This document shows, piece after piece, positions 1 through 12,419 of a stretch of 64,000 nucleotides of DNA. Location of the stretch: NCBI GenBank assembly GCA_030726915.1, contig JANRCR010000039.1:508-64507 (forward strand), in the 5' to 3' direction. Numbering within the stretch: the first letter of the stretch is position 1; each line of letters begins with the position of its first letter. The position numbers were made by a program, and so were the translations under genes. Under the pieces are notes generated by a model. The model ran no database searches, was not told the origin of the DNA, and saw only the letters and a list, made by a program, of their open reading frames with translations. Source of the stretch: Candidatus Nanopelagicales bacterium (GTDB taxonomy: Bacteria; Actinomycetota; Actinomycetes; S36-B12).

Positions 1-1095
1 GCACTGATGTCCGCGCATCTGGCGGCGGGTGCTGCCGCCACGCTCCTGACGGCGGAACTCACCGATGCCACCGGATACGGCCGAGTAGTGCGTGGCATCG
101 GTGGGGATGTCGAGGCCATCGTGGAGCATCGTGATGCAGATTCCACGACCATGGGCATCCGGGAGATCAACGCCGGCATGTACGCCTTCGATCCGGGTCA
201 GCTCATTGCCGCCCTCGCGCGATTGTCCACCGCTAACGATCAGGGAGAGGAGTACCTCACCGACGTCATCACGATCCTGAGCGGAGACGGATTCCCCATC
301 GTGGGCCTCACGGTCGATGATCCGGGTGAGGTGGCAGGCGTCAACGACCGCGTGCAACTCGCCGACGCTGCCCGTGCGATGCGAGACCGCATCAACGGGG
401 GTTGGATGCGCGCGGGTGTCTCCATCCTTGACCCTTCGACCACCTGGATCGACGTTGACGTTGATCTTGCACCCGATGTTGTTCTGTCTCCCCACACCTT
501 CCTGCTCGGCCCCACCTCGGTCGCCACGGGTGCCCGGATCGGCCCGGGGACAACACTGATGGCGTGCGAGGTGGGAGAGTCTGCCGTCGTGATTCACACC
601 TGGGCCGAACTCGCGGTCATTGAATCCCGGGCCAGCATCGGTCCCTTCACCTACCTTCGTCCGGGAACTCTGGTGGGGGTCCAAGCCAAGGCGGGTGCGT
701 TCGTCGAGATGAAGAATGCCACCCTGGGAGCGGGGGCGAAGGTCCCGCATCTGTCCTACGTCGGCGACGCGGAGATCGGCGAGGGCACCAACATCGGTGC
801 GGCCACGATTTTTGTCAACTACGACGGTCAGGACAAGCACCGCTGTGTCGTGGGCCGCCACGTTCGAATTGGCAGTGACACGATGCTCGTCGCCCCGGTC
901 ACCATCGGTGACGGTGCCTACACGGCGGCAGGCTCGGTCATCACGGAGGATGTACCTGCGGGGGCGATGGCGGTGGGCCGAGCTCGGCAGCGGGTCATCC
1001 CGGGGTGGGTCCAACGCAAGCGGCCGGGGAGTGCATCAGCACTCGCTGCCGATGAGTGTCTCGGCACGTCCACATCCAGCGAGGAGACCCAGTGA
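1..1095 (+). CDS. glmU: Bifunctional UDP-N-acetylglucosamine diphosphorylase / glucosamine-1-phosphate N-acetyltransferase, 5'-truncated by window edge
   Basis: The reading frame is open to base 1. It has a nucleotidyltransferase part (EINAGMYAF) followed by left-handed beta-helix hexapeptide repeats ([54 protein letters not shown]). prs follows directly, as in other actinobacteria. Confidence 0.9.
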   Translation, partial: ALMSAHLAAGAAATLLTAELTDATGYGRVVRGIGGDVEAIVEHRDADSTTMGIREINAGMYAFDPGQLIAALARLSTANDQGEEYLTDVITILSGDGFPIVGLTVDDPGEVAGVNDRVQLADAARAMRDRINGGWMRAGVSILDPSTTWIDVDVDLAPDVVLSPHTFLLGPTSVATGARIGPGTTLMACEVGESAVVIHTWAELAVIESRASIGPFTYLRPGTLVGVQAKAGAFVEMKNATLGAGAKVPHLSYVGDAEIGEGTNIGAATIFVNYDGQDKHRCVVGRHVRIGSDTMLVAPVTIGDGAYTAAGSVITEDVPAGAMAVGRARQRVIPGWVQRKRPGSASALAADECLGTSTSSEETQ

Positions 1096-2090
1096 GTGAC
1101 CTGACCGTCCCACCGAGCAAGAGGCTGGTACTGCTCTCCGGTCGTGCTCACCCGGAGTTGGGCGAGGAGGTGGCCGCACGGCTTGGCACGGACCTGTGCC
1201 CGGTTGACGCCTATGAGTTTGCCAACGGTGAGATCTTCGTTCGCTTCAAGGAGTCGGTCCGCGGGTGTGATGCCTTCGTCATGCAAAGCCACACCACTCC
1301 GATCAATACCTGGATCATGGAGCAATTGATCATGGTGGATGCTCTGAAGCGCGCATCCGCCAAGCGCATCACTGTCATCGCTCCGTTCTACGGGTATGCC
1401 CGCCAGGACAAAAAACACCGCGGCCGCGAACCCATCTCCGCCCGGCTCATGGCGGATCTTTTCAAGTCGGCGGGCGCGGACAGGCTCATCACCGTCGACC
1501 TGCACACCTCCCAGATCCAGGGTTTCTTCGACGGCCCTGTGGACCACCTCTTCGCGCTGCCCCTTCTCGCCACTCATGTGTCGGAACGCGTGGAACGTGA
1601 GCGCATCACGGTTGTTTCGCCGGATGCCGGCCGGGTGCGCGTCGCGGAGAAGTGGACCGATATTTTGGGTGCACCCCTGGCGATCATTCACAAGCGTCGC
1701 GATCCCGATACACCCAATGAGGTGCGCGTCCTCGAAGTGGTCGGTGACGTTCGCGACCGGGTGTGTGTTGTTGTTGACGACATGATCGATACCGGGGGGA
1801 CCATTGTGAAGGCGGCCGATGTGCTCTTCGACAATGGTGCTGCTGAGGTGATCGTCGCGGCCACCCATGGAATTCTCAGCGAGCCCGCGGCACAGCGCCT
1901 GCAGGAGTCTCGGATCAGCGAGGTCATCGTGACCAACACGCTCCCCATCCCGTCTGACCGCCAGTTCGACAAACTCACCATCCTGTCGATCGCCCCGCTC
2001 CTCGCCCAGGCGGTCTATGAGGTCTTCACGGATGGATCGGTGACCCGGATGTTTGAGTCACCGGAGGCTCTCCTGCCGTTCCCCACCTGA
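1092..2090 (+). CDS. prs: Ribose-phosphate diphosphokinase (PRPP synthetase)
   Basis: [21 protein letters not shown]-terminus and the PRPP-binding loop [15 protein letters not shown]. The GTG at 1092 overlaps the glmU stop (GTGA). The supplied ORF starts further upstream at 1056. Confidence 0.95.
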   Translation: MSDLTVPPSKRLVLLSGRAHPELGEEVAARLGTDLCPVDAYEFANGEIFVRFKESVRGCDAFVMQSHTTPINTWIMEQLIMVDALKRASAKRITVIAPFYGYARQDKKHRGREPISARLMADLFKSAGADRLITVDLHTSQIQGFFDGPVDHLFALPLLATHVSERVERERITVVSPDAGRVRVAEKWTDILGAPLAIIHKRRDPDTPNEVRVLEVVGDVRDRVCVVVDDMIDTGGTIVKAADVLFDNGAAEVIVAATHGILSEPAAQRLQESRISEVIVTNTLPIPSDRQFDKLTILSIAPLLAQAVYEVFTDGSVTRMFESPEALLPFPT

Positions 2091-2268
2091 CCGAGTCCCC
2101 CCCCGCATCCCCTCGGGCCGGTCGTCCTGGGTAGGGTTACGGCGCTCCTAGGCGAGGGTGCTCCTGCAGTCCGCACCGTGATCGACGTGGTCGCGGCTCA
2201 ACCGCGCTCCTTGCCATGGAACACCCGATCGGCCACACACGCCGGCGGGATGATGAGGAGGTGGGATC

Positions 2269-2718
2269 GTGAACGTGCGACTTGACGCGGAGCCGCGCAC
2301 GAACTTCGGCAAGGGCGCCGCGCGCCAGTTGCGCCGGGCAGGCAGGATCCCTGTCGTGCTCTATGGCGGAGGCTCTGACGTCCTCCATCTCTCACTTGAG
2401 GGGCACGACCTGGAGCAGGCGCTGCGCAAGCCCAAGGTCACCCTCGAGATCATCACCGGATCCACCACGATCTTGACGAAGCCCCGCGACATTCAGCGGG
2501 ACCCGCTTCGACGCACCGTGGAGCATGTTGACCTGATTATCGTGTCCGCTGGTGAGGCGAGCGAGCGTGCAGCCGAGGCTGAGGTGCTTGTCGCCGCGGC
2601 AGTAGAGGCTGCCGAGGCGGCTGCCAGTGCTCCAGCCCCGCGCGGTGTGTACGAGGAGGAGACTCCTGCGGAGGGCGCAGCGGTCGACGCCGAGTCCGCC
2701 GACGCCGACGCCTCCTAA
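2269..2718 (+). CDS. rplY: 50S ribosomal protein L25 / general stress protein Ctc
   Basis: L25 N-terminal domain (RTNFGKGAARQLRRAGRIPVVLYG) with an Ala/Glu-rich acidic tail. The GTG start is preceded by GAGGAGG. Confidence 0.85.
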   Translation: MNVRLDAEPRTNFGKGAARQLRRAGRIPVVLYGGGSDVLHLSLEGHDLEQALRKPKVTLEIITGSTTILTKPRDIQRDPLRRTVEHVDLIIVSAGEASERAAEAEVLVAAAVEAAEAAASAPAPRGVYEEETPAEGAAVDAESADADAS

Positions 2719-2758
2719 CCCCGTTCTTGCTGCGCCGCCAGTCACTTCGGAGTGTGAT

Positions 2759-3340
2759 GTGGACCCTTGGCTCGTTGTGGGCCTCGGCAATCCGGGGCCC
2801 GAGTACGGCAGGACGCGTCACAACGTCGGAGTGATGGCGGTCGAAGCCCTCGCTCACCGTTGGGGCGGGCGACTGCGTGGTGACAAGTACACCCGCTGCG
2901 ACATCTTTGACCATCGGTGGGAGGGACATCGTGTGGTCCTCGCCCGCGGTCGCTCGTACATGAATGAGTCCGGGGGACCCGTCTCGGTGCTGGCACGCCA
3001 CGTCGGTGCAGAACCGGATCAGATCCTGCTCGTTCACGATGAATTAGACATCGCCTTCGGGTCCTTGCGTGTCAAACATGGTGGCGGGGATGGTGGACAC
3101 AACGGTCTGCGCAGCGTTCGTGGCTCATTGGCTACGGGCGACACCATCCGTATCCGCATCGGGATAGGTCGTCCGCCTGGTCGGCAGGATCCTGCTGATT
3201 ATGTTTTGCATGCATTCAACTCGGTACAGGCGGATGAACTTCCCCTCCTGCTTGATCGGGCGGGAGACGCGATTGAGTGCGTGATCCGAGACGGCGTCTC
3301 GGTCGCGCAGAATAGGTTCCACCCGGAGGTGGCGCCATGA
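2759..3340 (+). CDS. pth: Peptidyl-tRNA hydrolase
   Basis: WLVVGLGNPGPEYGRTRHNVG and GGHNGLRS signatures. The ORF is open from 2627. I chose GTG 2759 because it lies just before the conserved N-terminus, so the start is uncertain. Confidence 0.9.
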   Translation: MDPWLVVGLGNPGPEYGRTRHNVGVMAVEALAHRWGGRLRGDKYTRCDIFDHRWEGHRVVLARGRSYMNESGGPVSVLARHVGAEPDQILLVHDELDIAFGSLRVKHGGGDGGHNGLRSVRGSLATGDTIRIRIGIGRPPGRQDPADYVLHAFNSVQADELPLLLDRAGDAIECVIRDGVSVAQNRFHPEVAP

Positions 3341-4206
3341 CGAGCCCGCAGTCACCCGCGAGCGATAGAGGAGATCACATGGATCCCGGCGAGACGGATA
3401 TGGAGGTCTCGGCTCGCATAGCGGCCGAGGCAGGTGAACTACTCCTGGCCCTTCGGGAATCCTACGGCCCCATAGATGATCAGGACGTGGCTCATCAGTT
3501 GCGCAAAGCCGCGGATGCCTCCTCACATGAGTTGATTGCAGCGCGCATGGCAGCTGCGCGACCCGGTGACAGCGTGCTCAGCGAAGAGGGCGCAGATGAC
3601 CTCGCTCGACTTGGTGCGGACCGCGTCTGGATCGTTGACCCCCTGGATGGCACATGGGAGTACGGCCTAGGTCGCGCTGACTTCGCCGTGCACATCGTGC
3701 TGTGGACGGCGGATGGTGATGCGCCGGGAGGTGGTCGCCTCACGGCCGGCACGGTGGATTTGCCGGCCCAGGGATTGGCGCGGTGCTCACATGATGCGAC
3801 CTCACCCCCTCGGGACCTACCGACCGATCGGCCCGTGCGCATCGTCGCCTCGCGTACCCGCCCGCCCGCCGTCCTGTCGGCCGTCGTTGCCGAGCTCGAT
3901 GCCGCACTGCGAGCAGAAGGCCATGAGCACGGAGTCGAGATCATCGATGTGGGGTCGGTGGGTGCCAAGGTCAATGAAATCCTGTCCGGCCGCGCTGAGG
4001 CCTACGTCCACGACACGGGCTTCTACGAGTGGGATGTGGCGGCACCTCTCGCCGTGGCGCACGCCTATGGACTGACTGCGTCGCACGTCGATGGGAGCAC
4101 CATCGCCTTCAATCGCGAGCGCCCCTACGTCACCGACCTCCTCATCGGCATTCCTGCCTTTGCCGAGCGACTTCGAACGGCGATGCTAAGCGCAGGGTCT
4201 GCGTGA
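3337..4206 (+). CDS. Inositol monophosphatase family protein, CysQ-like 3'(2'),5'-bisphosphate nucleotidase
   Basis: Metal-binding motifs LSEEG and WIVDPLDGTWEY. The ATG overlaps the pth stop (ATGA). Confidence 0.75.
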   Translation: MTSPQSPASDRGDHMDPGETDMEVSARIAAEAGELLLALRESYGPIDDQDVAHQLRKAADASSHELIAARMAAARPGDSVLSEEGADDLARLGADRVWIVDPLDGTWEYGLGRADFAVHIVLWTADGDAPGGGRLTAGTVDLPAQGLARCSHDATSPPRDLPTDRPVRIVASRTRPPAVLSAVVAELDAALRAEGHEHGVEIIDVGSVGAKVNEILSGRAEAYVHDTGFYEWDVAAPLAVAHAYGLTASHVDGSTIAFNRERPYVTDLLIGIPAFAERLRTAMLSAGSA

Positions 4207-7200
4207 CGCTCCCGGGCCTGTCGCTCGCATATGATGCCATTCCCGGACTCGCTGACGTCGCTGATCGGGCACTGCGGGGGGTGGCTGACGTCCATGTCAC
4301 GGCTATTCCCGAGGTCCGTCCCGTGCTCGCCGCCCGCATTGCGCGTGAAATCCCGCGGGACCGGCTGCTGCTCGTCGTCACGGCGACAGCCCGGGAGGCG
4401 GAGGACATCGCTGAGGCAGTGGAGGATCAACTCGGCGCTGGGTCCGCGGTCGACTTCCCCTCGTGGGAGACACTCCCGCACGAAAGGCTCAGTCCGGCGG
4501 CCGACACCGTCGGACGTCGAATGCAGATCCTGCACCGCATCGTCCAATGGGACGTGAACGATCCCCTGCGCGTGGTCTGCGCACCCGTGCGCGCCGTCCT
4601 CCAGCCGATCGTTGCCGCACTCGGCACCTTGACTCCGATCATCTTGCGCGAGGGATTGGAGATTGATCTTGACTCCGTTGCGCGTGACCTCGTGACCCGT
4701 GGCTATCTGCGCACGGATCTTGTCGAGCGACGTGGTCAGTTTGCGCTCCGGGGTGGAATCATCGACGTCTTTCCGACGACGGCCGACCACCCCGCGCGCA
4801 TTGAGTTGTGGGGCGACACGATCGAGGAGGTGCGCGACTTTGCCGTTGCCGACCAGCGCTCACGTCTCCATCTGGGCGAGGTTGCGCTCTTTCCCGCGCG
4901 AGAGCTGCTCCTGACGGATGATGTGCGCGCTCGTGCACGCGCCCTGGCGTCGTTGCATGCCAGTGCGGCCGATGTTTTGGAGCGTGTGGCAGAGGGCATT
5001 GCCGTCGACGGTATGGAGGCCCTTGCCCCCGTGCTGACCGATGACATGCGGTTGCTGGTTGAGATGCTCCCCGACCGCTCCATGGTGCTGATGTGCGATC
5101 CCGAGCGCATGAGGTCGCGAGCTGAGGATCTCGTGAGGACGTCCCAGGAGTTCCTGGAGGCGTCCTGGCACACCGCTGTGGCCGGCTCCGCGGCCAATTC
5201 CGTGACTCCCCTGAGTTCTGACACGCTTGATCTGGCGGCTGCGGCGTATCGCAGCGTTGGCGACGTTGAGATGGCGACCCGCGAGCGGGGCGTGCTGTGG
5301 TCCACGGATCCGTTCCCTCACGAAGGCGTCGATGTTGTCCTGGGAGCTCGTCCGCTCCCGGATCATCGAGGTGGGCTTCCCCCGGTCCTGGACGACATCC
5401 GCGACTGGACCGGTCGGGGTGACCGGATCCTCGTCCTTGCCGAGGGGCACGGATCCGCGGAGCGCATCGCCCAGTCCCTGCAGGACGAGGGCATTCCCGC
5501 CGGATGTGTTGAGTCGATTGACCCCGATGCGACCGGTGTGCTGGTCGCATCTGCTCGCTGGCAGGGCGGATTCCTCTCACCCGACGGCCACATCGTCGTG
5601 ATCACCGAGTCTGATCTCTACGGTGAGCGCTCACCTGTCAGGGACACCGCTCGCATGCCGTCGCGTCGACGACGCACAATCGACCCACTACAACTTGCCG
5701 CCGGTGATCCTGTTGTGCATGAGCAGCATGGTGTCGGACGCTATGTGGACATGGTCCAACGCACGGTGAGCGGGGCCACGCGCGAGTACGTCGTCATTGA
5801 GTACGCCGCGTCGCGCCGCGGACAGCCACCCGACCGGCTCTACGTACCCACGGATCAACTTGACCAGGTCACACGCTACGTCGGTGGCGAAGCACCCACG
5901 CTGAGCAAACTCGGTGGGTCTGATTGGCAGCGCGCCAAGGGTCGAGCACGACGAGCCGTGCGTGAAATCGCGGCAGAACTCGTCCGGCTCTACTCCGCTC
6001 GACAGGCGACGACCGGGCACGCCTTTGCGGCTGATTCCCCATGGCAGCGCGAGTTGGAGGATGCCTTCCCCTTCATCGAAACGCCGGATCAACTCGCCAG
6101 TATTGACGAGGTCAAGGCGGACATGGAGCGACCGGTGCCCATGGACCGGGTCATCTGCGGTGACGTGGGATACGGCAAGACCGAGATTGCCGTCAGGGCC
6201 GCCTTCAAGGCCGTCCAGGACGGCAAGCAGGTGGTGGTGCTGGTGCCGACCACCCTGTTGGTGCAGCAGCACCTGCGGACCTTCACCGAGCGCTATGCGC
6301 CATTCCCCGTACGTGTGGCCGCGCTCTCGCGCTTCCAAACTGATGCGGAGGTCCGTGTCACGCTCGCAGGCCTGGCCGATGGCTCGGTCGACGTTGTGAT
6401 CGGCACGCATCGGCTCCTCACCCCCCAGGTCCGCTTCCGAGATCTGGGACTGGTGATCGTCGATGAAGAACAGCGATTCGGTGTGGAGCACAAGGAGCAT
6501 CTCAAGGCCCTGCGCACCAGCGTTGATGTGCTCACCATGTCAGCGACTCCCATCCCGCGGACGCTGGAGATGTCCCTCACCGGAATTCGTGAAATGTCGA
6601 CGATTCAGACTCCGCCAGAGGAGCGACATCCCGTCCTGAGCTACGTCGGACCCTACGACGATCGTCAGGTCGGTGCGGCGCTTCGGCGGGAACTCCTTCG
6701 CGATGGTCAGGTCTTCTTCATCCACAATCGGGTGGATTCCATTGAGAGAGTGGCAGCCCGACTTCGAGAGCTCGTTCCCGAGGCACGCATCGGCGTCGCC
6801 CATGGGCAGATGAATGAGCATGATTTGGAGCGTGTCGTCCTCGACTTTTGGGAACGCCAGGTCGACGTCCTCGTCGCCACCACGATCGTGGAAAACGGCA
6901 TCGATATCCCCAATGCCAACACCCTCATCCTGGACCGGGCAGATACCTTCGGACTGTCCCAGTTGCATCAGTTGAGGGGCAGGGTGGGACGTGGCCGAGA
7001 GCGCGGCTACGCCTACTTCCTCTATCCCCCCGACAAACCCCTGAGCGAGACCGCCTACGAGCGGCTTTCCACCATTGCCCAGCATGCCGACCTTGGCTCC
7101 GGCATGCAGATCGCGCTCAAGGACCTGGAGATTCGCGGTTCAGGCAATCTGCTCGGCGGCGAGCAGAGCGGCCACATCGCGGAGGTGGGTTTTGATCTGT

Positions 7201-7712
7201 ATGTGCGTCTCGTCGGAGAGGCGCTGGCGGCGGCCCGGGGGACCACGGAGGCCGAGTCCCTCGATGTCAGGATCGAACTCCCCCTTGACGCGCACATCCC
7301 CCATGACTACGTGGCCGAGGAGCGATTGCGGTTAGAGGCCTACCGGCGCCTGGCGTCCGCAGCCACGGACGAGGCGATCGATTCCGTCGCGGAGGAACTC
7401 ACGGACAGATACGGAGCACCTCCCGCGCCGGTCACCGCCCTGCTCGACGTCGCCCGGCTTCGGGCTCGTGCTCGAGCAGCCGGGGTCGCGGAGATTGTGC
7501 TCACCGGAGCGAAGGTGCGCTTCCATCCCGTGGAACTGCCCGAGTCCCGGCTGCTCAGGCTGATGCGCCTGCACCCGGGCACGCTCGTGAAGCCCGCGGT
7601 CCGTACGATCCTGGTGCCACAACCGGCGCAGGTCGGCAATGATCTACTCACCTGGGTTCGGGACGTCCTGGAGATCATTGACGTTCCGGTCACCCGTGGT
7701 GGAGATGAATGA
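4203..7712 (+). CDS. mfd: Transcription-repair coupling factor
   Basis: About 1170 aa. It has a CarD-like region (VVHEQHGVGRY), superfamily-2 helicase motifs (GDVGYGKTE, IVDEEQRFG, TATPIPRT-like SATPIPRT, QLHQLRGRVGR) and a TRCF C-terminal domain. GTG 4203 overlaps the upstream stop (GTGA). Confidence 0.95.
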   Translation: MTLPGLSLAYDAIPGLADVADRALRGVADVHVTAIPEVRPVLAARIAREIPRDRLLLVVTATAREAEDIAEAVEDQLGAGSAVDFPSWETLPHERLSPAADTVGRRMQILHRIVQWDVNDPLRVVCAPVRAVLQPIVAALGTLTPIILREGLEIDLDSVARDLVTRGYLRTDLVERRGQFALRGGIIDVFPTTADHPARIELWGDTIEEVRDFAVADQRSRLHLGEVALFPARELLLTDDVRARARALASLHASAADVLERVAEGIAVDGMEALAPVLTDDMRLLVEMLPDRSMVLMCDPERMRSRAEDLVRTSQEFLEASWHTAVAGSAANSVTPLSSDTLDLAAAAYRSVGDVEMATRERGVLWSTDPFPHEGVDVVLGARPLPDHRGGLPPVLDDIRDWTGRGDRILVLAEGHGSAERIAQSLQDEGIPAGCVESIDPDATGVLVASARWQGGFLSPDGHIVVITESDLYGERSPVRDTARMPSRRRRTIDPLQLAAGDPVVHEQHGVGRYVDMVQRTVSGATREYVVIEYAASRRGQPPDRLYVPTDQLDQVTRYVGGEAPTLSKLGGSDWQRAKGRARRAVREIAAELVRLYSARQATTGHAFAADSPWQRELEDAFPFIETPDQLASIDEVKADMERPVPMDRVICGDVGYGKTEIAVRAAFKAVQDGKQVVVLVPTTLLVQQHLRTFTERYAPFPVRVAALSRFQTDAEVRVTLAGLADGSVDVVIGTHRLLTPQVRFRDLGLVIVDEEQRFGVEHKEHLKALRTSVDVLTMSATPIPRTLEMSLTGIREMSTIQTPPEERHPVLSYVGPYDDRQVGAALRRELLRDGQVFFIHNRVDSIERVAARLRELVPEARIGVAHGQMNEHDLERVVLDFWERQVDVLVATTIVENGIDIPNANTLILDRADTFGLSQLHQLRGRVGRGRERGYAYFLYPPDKPLSETAYERLSTIAQHADLGSGMQIALKDLEIRGSGNLLGGEQSGHIAEVGFDLYVRLVGEALAAARGTTEAESLDVRIELPLDAHIPHDYVAEERLRLEAYRRLASAATDEAIDSVAEELTDRYGAPPAPVTALLDVARLRARARAAGVAEIVLTGAKVRFHPVELPESRLLRLMRLHPGTLVKPAVRTILVPQPAQVGNDLLTWVRDVLEIIDVPVTRGGDE

Positions 7713-7743
7713 CATGAAGCGAGATGAGCGAGGTGGGGACGGC

Positions 7744-8382
7744 ATGAGCAGGTTCGGTGGGCGTATGCGATGGGCAGCGGTCGCCCTCGTCGCGGCTGCG
7801 ACGCTCACGGCGTGCGCCGGACTCGGCGAAGCAGGTGCCGCGGGGACCGTCGGGAGTGCCCAGGTGTCCACCGACCTCCTGGCCGCTCAGGTGGAAGCGG
7901 TGCAGGAGCAGCGGGGCGAGACGCCGGGTGCACCGGACAATGCACTTGTCGTGGGGATTCTCCAGCGTCTCATCATTACCGAGTTGGTCGGCCAGGCCGC
8001 TACCGCTCAAAACATCACGATTACTCAGGGACAGATCGATGGGGCGCAGGCGGAGTTAGAGGCCCAACTGGGTGGGGCCGAAGCCCTCACCGCCGCTTTT
8101 CTCGATAGCGATGTCCCTGCCGGGTCGATACCGCAGCAACTGCAGTTGTCGCTTGAGGTCCAGGCGCTCGGGGCGTTCCTGGCTCCCGATGCCGACCCGG
8201 AGAGTCAGCAACTCGCCGTCGTGCAGTACGTCACGGGCTGGGGTGTGCAGGAAGGTGTGGAGGTCAGTCCTCGCTTCGGTACCTGGGATGCGGGCAGGCT
8301 CACCCTCGGACCGACCCCATCGGACTTGTCGTCCCGTCCCGGCACCCCTGACCCGCTCGCCGAGTTGCTCCCCGCTCCCTAG
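7744..8382 (+). CDS. Putative lipoprotein (SurA N-terminal-domain-like)
   Basis: Signal peptide with lipobox LTAC (MSRFGGRMRWAAVALVAAATLTAC). The mature part is Gln/Ala/Leu-rich. Alternative in-frame ATG starts lie at 7705 and 7714. Confidence 0.6.
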   Translation: MSRFGGRMRWAAVALVAAATLTACAGLGEAGAAGTVGSAQVSTDLLAAQVEAVQEQRGETPGAPDNALVVGILQRLIITELVGQAATAQNITITQGQIDGAQAELEAQLGGAEALTAAFLDSDVPAGSIPQQLQLSLEVQALGAFLAPDADPESQQLAVVQYVTGWGVQEGVEVSPRFGTWDAGRLTLGPTPSDLSSRPGTPDPLAELLPAP

Positions 8383-8392
8383 GCTCGAGGAC

Positions 8393-9067
8393 ATGGCCGC
8401 TTCGGGTGACAGCCTCCAGGAGTTGGTGGCCGTCATGGATCGCCTTCGGTCACCGGGAGGCTGTCCCTGGGACGCTCGGCAGACCCACCGCAGCCTGGTC
8501 GAGTATCTCGTGGAAGAGGCCTATGAGGCCGTGGAGGCGATCGAGGCTGAGGACCGTCCGGGGATGCGTGAGGAACTGGGCGATCTCCTCCTCCAGGTGG
8601 TGTTCCACTCGCGGATCGCGCAGGAGGATCCGGACGATCCCTGGGGGATAGACGATGTCGCTGCCGGCATCGTGGCCAAGCTGGTGCGTCGCCATCCGCA
8701 CGTTTTTGGTCCTGAGGCTGCTCGCGAGGAGGATCGCACTGCTGAGCAGGTCGAAGCAACGTGGCATGAATTGAAGGCCGTAGAAAAGGGACGCTCATCG
8801 GTCACCGATGGGATCCCCGAGTCCCTTCCCGCCCTGGTGCGTGCGAGCAAGGTCCTGGCGCGAAGTGGCCACCTGGACGTCGTGACGCCCATGACGGACA
8901 CGGTCGGTGATCTCGTGGCGCAGGACCTCGTGGATGAAGCGGACTTGGGCGATGTGCTTCTGGCACTGGTTGCAGCAGGGCGCGCGCGAGGCTGGGATGC
9001 CGAGGCGGCATTGCGAGATTCCGTACGTCGACATGCTGCACGGGTGCGACAGATCGAGGGATCGTGA
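8393..9067 (+). CDS. mazG: Nucleoside triphosphate pyrophosphohydrolase MazG
   Basis: LQELVAVMDRLRSPGGCPWDARQTHRSLVEYLVEEAYEAVEAIE, the EELGDLLLQVVFH EEXX(E/D) motif, and its position after mfd. Confidence 0.85.
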   Translation: MAASGDSLQELVAVMDRLRSPGGCPWDARQTHRSLVEYLVEEAYEAVEAIEAEDRPGMREELGDLLLQVVFHSRIAQEDPDDPWGIDDVAAGIVAKLVRRHPHVFGPEAAREEDRTAEQVEATWHELKAVEKGRSSVTDGIPESLPALVRASKVLARSGHLDVVTPMTDTVGDLVAQDLVDEADLGDVLLALVAAGRARGWDAEAALRDSVRRHAARVRQIEGS

Positions 9068-10707
9068 GCGCCCGAGAGGATTTTGCGAGCGTGTCCGAGG
9101 AGATCATCGCCACGAGCATGGCTTTTGACCCTGTCCGGGCCACCTTTATCGGCGTACACGATCACGATGATCGCCTGCCGGACTTCACTCCGGCTGCCGT
9201 GGACGATCACGTTCGTCGTCTCGACACTCTGGTTGCGCGGCTGGACGGCATTGATGACGTCGCGTTGTCACCGACCGACGGGGTCGACCTGGAGGTTCTA
9301 CGTGCTCGTGTTGCGGCCAGCGTCTTCGACCTCAAAGACATAGCTCGCTTCCGCTGGGATCCACTCACGTGGGACCCGGCGAGTGGATTGCATGCCCTCG
9401 CGATTCGAGACTTCGCGCCGGCACAGGAGCGATGCCTCAGCGCGGAACGTCGACTGGATGACCTGCCGCGATTCCTGGCGGATGCTCGCGTGACACTGGG
9501 AGAGATGTCAGCCATTCACGTGGAGACGGCCATCGACCGCCTCGAGGGGTTTGACGCGGTCCTGGATGGATTGCACCCGCTGGGACCACTGGATGCCGCT
9601 TCCGTTGACGCGGCCCGGGATGCGGTCGATCAGCATGGGCGATGGCTGACGGACCAGCTCCCCCATGCGCGCAGGGATCCCCGCCTCGGTGTCCGGCTGT
9701 ACAGCGCAGCACTCTGGCATCACCTGGATGAGGAAGTCGCTCCCGTCCAGGTGCTGGAGTGGGCGGAGGCGCACCTTGATGTCGTCAACGCGCGTATGCG
9801 CGAGGTGGCAGCCGAGTACCTCGACGATTCCGTGCGCAGTCCGGATGTCGTGCGTCGGGCCCTCGCTGACATGGCGGACCGAGCAGCGGTCGTTCCGACC
9901 ATGGTGCTCCCCACCGTGGCGCAGGCACTTGAGCGGACGACCGCATTCGTCCGAGACCGCGACCTGGTATCCCTGGTGGGCGAACCCATCGAGATCGTGC
10001 CGATGCCGCGCATCCACCACGGGGTCGCGCCGGCGTACTGCGATGCTCCGGGGGCGCTGGAGTCCGCGGCGCTGGAGTCCGGAGGACTGCCGACCTTCGT
10101 CGCGGTGGCGCCCCCGCCCGCAGGGTGGAGTGAGGATCGAATCCGGTCCTTCCTGCGCGAATACAACACTGATCTTCTGCATGACCTGACCATTCACGAG
10201 GCGATGCCCGGTCACGTCGTTCAGTTGGCACACGCGCGCCGCGTGCCGACCTCCCGCGTTCGAAGGATGACGAGCAGTGGGGTGTTCGTTGAAGGATGGG
10301 CCGTGTACGCCGAAGAAATGATGGTCGAGCGGGGGTACCGGCCGGATGATGAACCGCGGGCGCACCTGCGCATCCACCTGCAGCAGTTAAAGATGCAGGC
10401 GCGCATGACACTCAACGCCATCCTCGACGCGAGGGTGCACGGGGGTGACATTGATGAGCCGGAAGCCATCAGCCTGCTGCGCCGCCGGGGATTCCAGGAG
10501 GAGCAGGAGGCCGTCGGCAAGTGGCGCCGTGCTCTGCTCACGGCGGTTCAGTTGCCGACGTACTTTGTGGGTTGGCGGGGGGTGCGCAGCCTCATTGATG
10601 ATGTGCGCTTCCTGCATCCTGACTGGAGTGACCGGCAGGTGCACGATCTCATCCTGTCCGAGGGATCCCTGGGCCCGCGGCATCTGCGCGCACTGCTCGG
10701 GCTCTGA
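9064..10707 (+). CDS. DUF885 domain-containing protein
   Basis: 547 aa with the characteristic IHEAMPGHVVQ segment. The GTG overlaps the mazG stop (GTGA). Confidence 0.8.
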   Translation: MSAREDFASVSEEIIATSMAFDPVRATFIGVHDHDDRLPDFTPAAVDDHVRRLDTLVARLDGIDDVALSPTDGVDLEVLRARVAASVFDLKDIARFRWDPLTWDPASGLHALAIRDFAPAQERCLSAERRLDDLPRFLADARVTLGEMSAIHVETAIDRLEGFDAVLDGLHPLGPLDAASVDAARDAVDQHGRWLTDQLPHARRDPRLGVRLYSAALWHHLDEEVAPVQVLEWAEAHLDVVNARMREVAAEYLDDSVRSPDVVRRALADMADRAAVVPTMVLPTVAQALERTTAFVRDRDLVSLVGEPIEIVPMPRIHHGVAPAYCDAPGALESAALESGGLPTFVAVAPPPAGWSEDRIRSFLREYNTDLLHDLTIHEAMPGHVVQLAHARRVPTSRVRRMTSSGVFVEGWAVYAEEMMVERGYRPDDEPRAHLRIHLQQLKMQARMTLNAILDARVHGGDIDEPEAISLLRRRGFQEEQEAVGKWRRALLTAVQLPTYFVGWRGVRSLIDDVRFLHPDWSDRQVHDLILSEGSLGPRHLRALLGL

Positions 10708-10733
10708 TCATCGCGGCCGACCCTGCTGGATAG

Positions 10734-12023
<1,290 letters not shown>

Positions 12024-12041
12024 TCGTGAGAGCATAAGGCG

Positions 12042-12419
12042 GTGTCCGGCCCCCGCCCCAGTCTCACCGGTCGGGCGGCCATCTTGATTGTGGTTATCGC
12101 GGCCCTGGCCGTCACCCTCGCTATCCCCATGCGCGCCTGGCTGTCCCAGCGGGCTGAGATCTCCTCCCTCGAGAACGAGGTGAGTCAGGCTCGAGATCGC
12201 GTGGCAGGTTTAGAAGCTGAGTTGATCGACTGGGAGGATCCGGCGTTCATCGTGGCTCAAGCCCGCAGCCGACTGCACTTCGTCTTCCCTGGTGAGGTGG
12301 GTTACGTCGTCCTCGGCGAGGATGATCGGCCCGTCCTGCCTGACGCACCCATCGAGGAGAGTCCCACCCCGTGGTACTCGCGACTGTGGGAATCCACGCA
12401 GCAAGCCGATCGACCGTGA
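12042..12419 (+). CDS. Septum formation initiator family protein (FtsB/DivIC-like)
   Basis: Single N-terminal TM helix followed by a coiled coil (EISSLENEVSQARDRVAGLEAELIDWEDPAFI). It sits after eno, as is conserved in actinobacteria. Confidence 0.75.
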   Translation: MSGPRPSLTGRAAILIVVIAALAVTLAIPMRAWLSQRAEISSLENEVSQARDRVAGLEAELIDWEDPAFIVAQARSRLHFVFPGEVGYVVLGEDDRPVLPDAPIEESPTPWYSRLWESTQQADRP